Shown: one piece after another, positions 28,680-36,616 of the stretch
How positions within the stretch are numbered: position 1 is the first letter of the stretch
Layout of the letters: every line of letters begins with the position of its first letter
Assembly: GCA_027022365.1 (NCBI GenBank)
Contig: JALVYU010000030.1
Span: forward strand, 1 to 64,000
Source: Desulfurococcales archaeon
GTDB taxonomy: Archaea; Thermoproteota; Thermoprotei_A; Sulfolobales; Desulfurococcaceae
Direction: 5' to 3'
Length of the DNA stretch: 64,000 bases
Notes under the pieces: generated by a model
Databases searched by the model: none
What the model saw: only the letters and a program-made list of their open reading frames with translations
What the model was told of the DNA's origin: nothing
Made by a program: the position numbers and the translations under genes

Positions 28680-30245
28680 CTAGTACAGGCTTGACTTAGG
28701 TGGGCAATGATCAATTATTAAAGAAGACTGAACAGTAGTGTTAAGCCCAACAAGGTTCATCGCTGTAACGACTACAACGTATCTCCCGTCGGGAAGGTTT
28801 TCTTCTATATCGAGGACTGCTTCCCTGCCCGAGATATGGAAAACAATGGTTTTACTTGTTTCTTCACCCCTTACCTCGACCTTGATCAGGAGCACCCCTG
28901 TATCGTTATCAATAGCCTTAACATTTAGATCGAGAGCTCTACTTACACCATCGTTGCTTCTAAGCTTGATCTGTAGATCTGGAGGAGTATTATCTCGGGG
29001 GCCGAAATACGATATATTGAACAGATCCAGCGTATTGTTTCCCAACACTACGATATAGTATTGGTTCGAATCAATACATCCGAGCCAGGCCACGCGGGGA
29101 AGGCTAGTGTTTAGGCTCCAGATAAAAAGCGATGCAAGGCTCATTATCTTTGTCGAGTCCTTGTCTACAATGAGTACCTCCTGGCCTCCATCCCCATTTA
29201 TGTCAGGGAGAACAACTGGTTGTCCATAACCTATCGACTTAACTGATCGCCAGAACCACCCAGTGACGATGTCGTATATTTTGACGTCCCCTGTAGAATT
29301 GAATACTAGGAGTTTATCTAAGGTTACCAGAATATCTACCGGACCAGCGAGGCTTTTCTCGTAGAGTTCACGGTAGACGCCCATCAGGTATGCATGAACA
29401 CTATATGTTTCCCTGCCTAGAAGCGATAATGTCTTCTCAACAATCAAGGCCAATACTCTGTTGCCATGATCGACAAGGATGGTCTTATCTGGGAGAGCAT
29501 TTGTCAGTGTTAGGCCCATCTTATAGTTGCCGTAAGATAGGCTGATCCTTGAGATGAAACGTGCCCTGACCTCGTCTTCGTGGACGACAATTGTTTCCGT
29601 CGAGCCCTGCGATAACGTGGGTGTTTCCACCCATGGGTTTATTGTTGGTACGGGAGCGTTAACCGCTAGGTACGCTGTGCCTTCATCGAATATTATCTCG
29701 GTGCTATTGTTTTTGAGGCTCCACTCAAGTATTATCGTTGAGAAGTTTTCATCGAGAATATCGAGTCTATAAAAATAATAAACTATTGTGTCATTGATTA
29801 GCTCGAACCCCCTTGATAACCTGTACCCGCTAGGTATGCGTATTTCCCTACCTGCGTAACTGGTACCATTTATCCATAGATAAGGCCTTGCATAAATGGT
29901 TTCATTGTCCCGGGTATACGTTATGATCAGTAATGCAGGAGCAGTATTGTTAAATCCTATGGTGAAGTTCACGTGGCTTCTCGTGGTTAGATTATAGATA
30001 AGCTTGTTTAATACAGGATCATATATTATGACCTGGTTCTTAGAACCTACTATAATATAATATGTATTATTGGTTCTGATAACGTTACCATAACCACTTG
30101 TACCACTGATTTTTAGCCCATGTATTTTCCTGAGAAGATAGAAGCCGGGCGGCGTGATCGGCTGGGCTTGAATAGGGGTGGGAAGGACTAGTAGGTGTGA
30201 CAGAATGATCGCAAGTGCGAGTATTAATAACAATCGCTGTATCAA
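28680..30245 (-). CDS. Secreted beta-rich protein (propeller-like plus Ig-like domain), possibly C-terminally truncated
   Basis: Signal peptide, many NxS/T sites, FG-GAP-like PDINGDGGQEV, Ig-like DNTPP...DNDTGV...LPDGRY...VTAMNLVG. Confidence 0.65.
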   Translation of the reverse strand: MIQRLLLILALAIILSHLLVLPTPIQAQPITPPGFYLLRKIHGLKISGTSGYGNVIRTNNTYYIIVGSKNQVIIYDPVLNKLIYNLTTRSHVNFTIGFNNTAPALLIITYTRDNETIYARPYLWINGTSYAGREIRIPSGYRLSRGFELINDTIVYYFYRLDILDENFSTIILEWSLKNNSTEIIFDEGTAYLAVNAPVPTINPWVETPTLSQGSTETIVVHEDEVRARFISRISLSYGNYKMGLTLTNALPDKTILVDHGNRVLALIVEKTLSLLGRETYSVHAYLMGVYRELYEKSLAGPVDILVTLDKLLVFNSTGDVKIYDIVTGWFWRSVKSIGYGQPVVLPDINGDGGQEVLIVDKDSTKIMSLASLFIWSLNTSLPRVAWLGCIDSNQYYIVVLGNNTLDLFNISYFGPRDNTPPDLQIKLRSNDGVSRALDLNVKAIDNDTGVLLIKVEVRGEETSKTIVFHISGREAVLDIEENLPDGRYVVVVTAMNLVGLNTTVQSSLIIDHCPPKSSLY

Positions 30246-30297
30246 CGCATGTGCACCGGGATAAAGATAGACTAGACCAGGATTAAAAACAAGTCTG

Positions 30298-31617
30298 CTA
30301 TCTCGTTAAAAGGTGGAAGCCGAGAGACGTTCTTCTTTTCCTCTTGAATAGCTTCATGGTAAATATCTTTTCCGTCCCTATGATCCTGGATGCGATGTAT
30401 AGTACTATGATGGCGTAGGCCCACGAGGAGAAACCAGCCACTAGCTGAGCAGTATAATTACCGGCCAGGCCGAGACTAAGTATGAATACAAGGTTAGCAA
30501 ACGGAATAGCCGCTATGGCTGTCTGCTGTATAGGGCTCATGCTTGTTATATCTAGGAATAAGCCGATGAAGATTGACAGCATTAGTGGTGCAATAATGTA
30601 TCCACTAATTATCTGTGCGCTCCTAACATCGTCCACAAACATTGCTAGTAGAAGAGCTACTCCTAGGGCTAGGAAGAGCGTGCCGAACCCAGCTATGACC
30701 AGGACTGCCGGGGTCTGCACCCCCACAGCTTTTACTAGTGCTGATAAAGCGATTGACGAGGATGCACTACTGTTTGTTGCACCGAGGCTTGACATCTGGG
30801 AGAAGTACCAGGCCATTATGGCGAAGTATGCTCCGCCACCTATTAGGCTAACTATGAATGCAGCGGTTACTTTCGCGGCGATGAGGCTGAACCGGCTAAG
30901 AGGAAGGGTTAGTAGGGTCTCCAGCATCTTCTGTTCTTTTTCAACAGCGATACTCGTAGCTGATAGCTGGGCTACGAAGCCTGCGAGTAATCCTATTATT
31001 AAGGGTACGAAGAGGCCGAGCATAAGCAGTGGCCCGGTCACTTGTGACGGTTCAATATTCTTTATAATGATATTCCCGATAACAATGTTGCTTGTACTGT
31101 TCACGGGGGAAGACACGTACTCCGGCGATAGCCCGGCTTTCTCAAGGATCTGCTTTGACAACATGTCGGAGTACTGACGTATTATTCCATAAACCTTGTA
31201 TCCCATCATCATACTTGTGAAGCTGATCCCCCTGATCTTATAGTATACCTGGAGATACGCCGTGTATCCTCTGGTCAGGTTTTCGGAGAACCCTTTCGGG
31301 ATAACTAGGATGCATAAGGCATTATCGTAGTTCTTTATGGCGGAGTCTATATCGTTGTATCTGGTCACAGTGTATTTATGGCTTGTCAAGTAATTGATGA
31401 AGTTCTCCGCCCAATACCCATGATCTAGATCAACTAATAATATTTCGCCGCCCGGCTTCATCGCCTGCTTCACGGCCTGCGTTGTCATTGCACCCATAAT
31501 ACCGTACATCAATCCCGTTAGGACTACTGGGACAATAATCATAGTTATTAGTATCTTGGGATCACGGATAATGCTCTTCATCTCCTTAATGAATATGGTT
31601 AAGAACGCGCTCCTCAT
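30298..31617 (-). CDS. ABC-2 exporter permease, NatB-like
   Basis: KEMKSIIRD, large extracellular loop, EKEQKMLETLLTLP motif. Confidence 0.88.
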   Translation of the reverse strand: MRSAFLTIFIKEMKSIIRDPKILITMIIVPVVLTGLMYGIMGAMTTQAVKQAMKPGGEILLVDLDHGYWAENFINYLTSHKYTVTRYNDIDSAIKNYDNALCILVIPKGFSENLTRGYTAYLQVYYKIRGISFTSMMMGYKVYGIIRQYSDMLSKQILEKAGLSPEYVSSPVNSTSNIVIGNIIIKNIEPSQVTGPLLMLGLFVPLIIGLLAGFVAQLSATSIAVEKEQKMLETLLTLPLSRFSLIAAKVTAAFIVSLIGGGAYFAIMAWYFSQMSSLGATNSSASSSIALSALVKAVGVQTPAVLVIAGFGTLFLALGVALLLAMFVDDVRSAQIISGYIIAPLMLSIFIGLFLDITSMSPIQQTAIAAIPFANLVFILSLGLAGNYTAQLVAGFSSWAYAIIVLYIASRIIGTEKIFTMKLFKRKRRTSLGFHLLTR

Positions 31618-32357
31618 ATCTCCTCGCCTCCAACGATCTTCGCGAAAACCTCCTCTAGGTTCTCCGCCCCATACATACTCTTGAGCTCGGCCGGTGAGCC
31701 CTCGGCGACGATGCGGCCCTCATGTATTATGCCGACACGATCGCAGAGGTACTCCACCTCCAGCATGTTGTGGCTGCTCAGTAAGACCGTTACGCCGTAT
31801 TCTCTCGTGTATTTCTTGATGATTCTCCTCACCCTCGTCGAGTTTATAACGTCGAGCCCGCTTGTGGGCTCATCTAGGATTGCCAGTTTTGGATGTACCA
31901 TGAGTGTCTTGGCGATCAGAAGTCTCCTCAGCATCCCCTTGCTGTAGGTCTTGATCTTGTCCTTGATCCTCATCCCGAGACCACTGATCTTCCATGCCTC
32001 CTGGATCATCCGCCTCTTCTCCTGCTCGTCCTCAGCGTAAAACGAGGCTATGAAGTCTAGGAACTCCAGGCCTGACAAGTATTTATATGCTCCCGCTTCT
32101 TCGGGTAGGTAAGCTATGAGTCTCCTGACTTTCTCCGGCTCGCTCTTCACATCATATCCGTAGATCCTCGCCGTCCCGCTCGTCGGCTCAAGGATGGTGG
32201 CGAGTATTCTGAGGGTTGTTGTTTTGCCTGCTCCATTCGGGCCTATTAGCCCGTATATCTCACCCTCTTCCACGGTAAAGCTAAGGCCTTTCAGCGCCTC
32301 TTTTCCGCCAGGATACACTTTATGTAGGTCGTTGACCTCTACTACTTGTGTGGGCAA
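31614..32357 (-). CDS. ABC exporter ATPase, NatA/CcmA-like
   Basis: GPNGAGKT, YSKGM, ILDEPTSGLD, SSH motifs. Confidence 0.92.
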   Translation of the reverse strand: MPTQVVEVNDLHKVYPGGKEALKGLSFTVEEGEIYGLIGPNGAGKTTTLRILATILEPTSGTARIYGYDVKSEPEKVRRLIAYLPEEAGAYKYLSGLEFLDFIASFYAEDEQEKRRMIQEAWKISGLGMRIKDKIKTYSKGMLRRLLIAKTLMVHPKLAILDEPTSGLDVINSTRVRRIIKKYTREYGVTVLLSSHNMLEVEYLCDRVGIIHEGRIVAEGSPAELKSMYGAENLEEVFAKIVGGEEI

Positions 32358-32442
32358 GCCTTATTACACCTTGATCACAAACTGTTACCTCGGAGTCAGA
32401 GGTATTATTTCAAACATCTAATATATAAACTCTGCTCAACCA

Positions 32443-32808
32443 GTGATCATAATGGACAGGGAGAAAATCAAGCAAAGAATACTGAGAGATCTACGGCTAG
32501 GACTATACAAGTTGATAGTACTCAGTATCATCTACAAATACGGGCCTATACACGGCTATAACCTAAGGAAGAAGATCGAGGAATTATCCCGCGGACTACT
32601 AAAGCCCAGCGAGAGCACAGTATACGATACACTCAAAAAGCTGGAAAAACTCGGATTAATCGAGAGCTACTGGGTTGCATCATCTGGGTATCCAATGAAA
32701 AAGTACTACCGTGTAAAGGCTGAAAACCAAGAACTTATTATAGAAATAATCCGTGAAGCCCTCAAAGAGGGGGAGATCATAAGTAGGATACTCCGTGATA
32801 TACCATGA
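32443..32808 (+). CDS. PadR-family transcriptional regulator
   Basis: GPIHGYNL, SESTVYDTLKKLEKLGLI, KKYY motifs. Confidence 0.9.
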   Translation: MIIMDREKIKQRILRDLRLGLYKLIVLSIIYKYGPIHGYNLRKKIEELSRGLLKPSESTVYDTLKKLEKLGLIESYWVASSGYPMKKYYRVKAENQELIIEIIREALKEGEIISRILRDIP

Positions 32809-33645
32809 CGGATCAAGTTAGTCTAGTCCTGGATATATACGTGGCCATATTCGTGATAGCGGGTTTAATAACAATAATTATCGGCTTATATGGAAAAGTC
32901 ACGCCGTTCCTAGGGCTGAGAATAGGCTATATTTATGTGTCTAGGAGGCTATGGCGAAAATACAATATCGTCACGGGAATCTCGTCGATAATCTATGCAC
33001 TAATACTCTACATTATATCTATATGGTTCAACAACATATTACTTATCATGATATCTCCGCTACCCTACCTAGCATTACTCCTCATAATAGTTTTCATGGC
33101 CGAGCGGGAAGCCGAGCGAGAAAGCCTCAGGACACCGCAGGAGACCAGGGGAATAGAGTTCAAGAAAGGATTCAGGACGGCTATTCCAGCTATAATTATA
33201 AGCCTTATTGCATACGTTTCCTCTATAGCATACATTATTCTATCATACCCGCTTCTCCCATCCAGAGTTGCATCGCATTTCGGCCCAGGAGGACAACCAG
33301 ATGGCTTCATGGCTAAGAATGCCCTACTATTAACGAGTTTCCTAGCAATACTTGTGCTCGCAGCTATAACCTTCTTCCTAGCCTATTTGGGCATCAAAAA
33401 ACCGGAGGCCTTACATGAAATGGGACGCGACAGTGAAGACCGTGGATGCTCTCTTCGTATTCCTAGCATACATCAACGTGATCGTATCTCTAGCCCTTGT
33501 AGACACAGTATACTATAACCTAGAGGGAAAACACCTTCTGCCGTCTGGAGCAGCAGTATACTTGTTCGTGCTACCAACAATAGTATTCCTAGCTATAACC
33601 TTCTACTACGTTGTGAAAGGATACCAGAAGCCCTATCTACCCTGA
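32805..33645 (+). pseudogene. SdpI/DUF1648-type membrane protein split across two frames (32805-33518 and 33415-33645)
   Basis: FLGLRIGY...W (SdpI-like) and YPLLPSRVASHFGPGGQPDG (DUF1648). Hydrophobic sense is lost after KKPEA and resumes in the +1 frame (MKWDATVK..., two TM helices). Confidence 0.7.
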
Positions 33646-34409
33646 CCACGTACATCCACGACGAACTTCCTACTATAACGTAGTATCCACCTAGTACCAT
33701 GACCAAGCTTCAACCCGCTAATGACCTTCTCGGGATCCATGACATAGCATCCCGCTATACGGGTAATCCCTGTATCCTTGAGAAAAACCGGGTGAAGCTG
33801 AGCCGTCGGGCCGACAAGCACTTTCTCTCTTGCTCTACTGGTCATGCTCAGTACATAGTCCATCGAGCCATTAACCAGCGCCGAGCCTGTAATGAACACT
33901 ATGTCGGCGCGGCTCCCCATGAATGATATATATGTCCCCGGCAACGAATCACTTCTCCTACAAGGATCATCCTCGAGGACAAGTACCTCCCGGGCCCTGC
34001 CGCGGACACGCTCAACCAGCGGCCTAATGTCGCCGATAAATAAGACTACGTCTTCATCACTGATGTCTACTGCATCCGATGCATCAACATCATTGTCTAG
34101 ATCAATAGGGCCCGTTTTATCGTATAGGTACTGAGAATACGTGTTGAGCAACGCAAATCCGATCTGCCGCTCATATGGTTCACTTGATAGGATATATTTC
34201 ACTAGATCCGCCGGGTTAATGAATTCAATATTAGGTGGTCTCCTACGGAGATGATCGGTAAACGTGTGTGATAATCCAAGATACTCCTTAGCCCCTATTC
34301 TTACTAGGGCATAAGTGTATCTAAGACAGATACATGCATCGATAATTTCTATAGGCGTGTGTTCATATGCTTGCTCTATATTTTTCACCAGACGATCATA
34401 AAACTTCAT
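33633..34409 (-). CDS. DUF364 family (Rossmann-like, putative metal-chelation) protein
   Basis: IGFALLN, ADIVFITGSALVNGS, VLVGPTA motifs. Confidence 0.85.
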   Translation of the reverse strand: MKFYDRLVKNIEQAYEHTPIEIIDACICLRYTYALVRIGAKEYLGLSHTFTDHLRRRPPNIEFINPADLVKYILSSEPYERQIGFALLNTYSQYLYDKTGPIDLDNDVDASDAVDISDEDVVLFIGDIRPLVERVRGRAREVLVLEDDPCRRSDSLPGTYISFMGSRADIVFITGSALVNGSMDYVLSMTSRAREKVLVGPTAQLHPVFLKDTGITRIAGCYVMDPEKVISGLKLGHGTRWILRYSRKFVVDVRGQGR

Positions 34410-34649
34410 TATGGCGCCACCATTCGTTGATTGGCCGTGCTAACCTAAATGCGTATCTCGGCGGAAAAACTATAAAATCTTATAATGCAGGCTTGATTCT
34501 CCATATATAGAGTCTCATCTGGATATATCGGATACTACTTTGTTGCTCCCGAGAAAAAAGCATGATGCACCATTTATTAGGTTAGATCAGGCTGGCGCCT
34601 AAGAATACGATAAAATGTAGCCGCTCTAATGACAAAAACAACAAGGAGC

Positions 34650-34730
34650 AAGGGTCCGTGCCCGCTTACTGCTTTTCTCGGCATCGCCCTATGAAGGGGG
34701 CTTCCATCCCGGGTTCCTCTTCATCCCATG
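34650..34730. ncRNA. GC-rich structured element in a 430-bp intergenic gap
   Basis: ATGAAGGGGG 34691-700 pairs TCCTCTTCAT 34715-24 with two G-U pairs on the + strand; second GC patch GGGTCCGTGCCC upstream. Confidence 0.3.
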
Positions 34731-34841
34731 TAGGATAAAACGACATAATAGTTAATCAAGGTTTCTTATTAAGGAGAAAATGATGAGTAGGTATGAAGGT
34801 AATAAGATAAAAGAAAAAATAACAGTACTAGGTATTTAGCC

Positions 34842-35195
34842 TTATTTTTCGCTTGTGTATTCCTTTATGGCTTTCTCGACGAGCTGAACATATGCAAGAG
34901 CAGGTCCGCCGTTCATAACTACTGCTACCCATGACGCCTCCATGATTTCCTCCGGTGTAGCGCCAGCTTCAAGTGCTGATTTAACATGGAGTGCTATGCA
35001 CCATTTACAGTGGGCGACAACACTTAACGCCACAGCTATAAGCTCCTTGGTCTTGGTATCTAATGCTCCGGGCTTATTAACTGTCTGGAGGAGATTAAGG
35101 AACGCTCTCGTCTGGTCTGGAAATTCTTTAAGCCATTTCTTGAAGGATTCTTGAAACTCCTGGCTAAGCTCTCGCATCAAGCCCGATTCACCCAT
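34842..35195 (-). CDS. Carboxymuconolactone decarboxylase/AhpD-like protein
   Basis: ALDTKTKELIA, CKWC...H, GATPEEIMEA motifs. Confidence 0.9.
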   Translation of the reverse strand: MGESGLMRELSQEFQESFKKWLKEFPDQTRAFLNLLQTVNKPGALDTKTKELIAVALSVVAHCKWCIALHVKSALEAGATPEEIMEASWVAVVMNGGPALAYVQLVEKAIKEYTSEK

Positions 35196-35291
35196 TTATG
35201 AATATAAAGAAATAGAACATTATAAGCATTAATTTTTATACCAAACTATATAGTATGGGTATGCGGCTCGTTTAAGGAGGTTTAACCCGGT

Positions 35292-36611
35292 TTGCTGATC
35301 GCGCATCTAGCAGATACACATCTCGGTAAGAAACAATACCACTTAGAGTGGAGGGAACAAGATTTCTATGATGCTTTCACATATGCTATCGAGCAGGCAA
35401 TAAGCGAACACGTTGATGCGATCATTATTTCCGGCGATATGTTCGACACATACAAACCACCTAACCGGGCAATAAAAATCGCCCGTGATACTCTTAAGAG
35501 AGCAGCGGACAAGGGGATCAAAATATACAGTATCCTCGGCGAACACGATACCCCCAAGACAAGGGACTATCCACCACAAGTACTAGTTCCCGAGATCAGG
35601 CTTCTCGGCATAAACGATTACATGGATATCATTGAGAAGGATGGGGCAAAGTACACGATAGCTGGAATAATACATCATCCCCCGACACAGAGGGGGCTAG
35701 CGAACCTGAAGAAAAAGATTAAACAAATAGCGGTTGATGCTGAGGGCAAAACCTTACTCATGCTCCACCAGACAATAATCAATTTCTTCAAGCTCGAGAG
35801 GGGTCTGGAGATACACGAGATACCCGAGAACATAAGCTATGTCGCCATGGGCCACCTGCACTGGAGAAAACTATACCGTAGAAGCAATGGCCAACTCATA
35901 GCATATCCAGGAAGCCTCGAGATAACGAGCGTGGACGATATAGATGATTGGAAGAAAAACGGTAAAGGCTTCTACATAGTTGACCTGTCGGGAGACCGGC
36001 CGGAGGCCGACAAGATAGATGTTCCGGTCACGCCACAGGAGAAAATAGTGCTCGAATACCCCAAGCACAGGATAATGCTTGCAAAGATTATGCCTGAGCT
36101 CCGAAAACACGCGGAAAGCGGCAAGCTGATCATCCACGTAATCCTTCATTTACCCAGGAAGCTTGAAGCCTCGCCGGAGACAGAGATAAGACAGATCATA
36201 TCCAGGGAGCTGGGCGGAATAGAAAAACTACACATAACGTGGACGAGGAGATACATCGGCGAGGAAGACGAGAAAGCAATAGAGGAGCAGCTCGAAGAAC
36301 AAGACCCCAAAGAGATAGAGAAGAGTGTTATCTCGATAATTCTGGCCGACAACAAAGAGCCAGACAAGGAACACTTGGAACTAGCAGAGACAATAGTAGC
36401 GCTCAAAGACATGCTCGCCAACGACGACCTCATCAACGCGCAGCACCTAGTCGAAGAGATAGCGAGACACGAGTACTGGCTAAGAAAGATCAGGCTCCCT
36501 CAAGCCACGATAATCACAGTAACCAAGACCATTACCAGTACAAGGACGAGTAGGCCTAGAGAGGCGTCTAGGAAGCCTATGAGGCTAGACGAGTTCCTAA
36601 GAGGAGGATAA
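35292..36611 (+). CDS. mre11: DNA double-strand break repair nuclease Mre11
   Basis: HLADTHLG, SGDMFD, GEHD, MGHLH, YPGSLE; first gene of the mre11-rad50-nurA-herA operon. Confidence 0.93.
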   Translation: MLIAHLADTHLGKKQYHLEWREQDFYDAFTYAIEQAISEHVDAIIISGDMFDTYKPPNRAIKIARDTLKRAADKGIKIYSILGEHDTPKTRDYPPQVLVPEIRLLGINDYMDIIEKDGAKYTIAGIIHHPPTQRGLANLKKKIKQIAVDAEGKTLLMLHQTIINFFKLERGLEIHEIPENISYVAMGHLHWRKLYRRSNGQLIAYPGSLEITSVDDIDDWKKNGKGFYIVDLSGDRPEADKIDVPVTPQEKIVLEYPKHRIMLAKIMPELRKHAESGKLIIHVILHLPRKLEASPETEIRQIISRELGGIEKLHITWTRRYIGEEDEKAIEEQLEEQDPKEIEKSVISIILADNKEPDKEHLELAETIVALKDMLANDDLINAQHLVEEIARHEYWLRKIRLPQATIITVTKTITSTRTSRPREASRKPMRLDEFLRGG

Positions 36612-36616
36612 ACACC

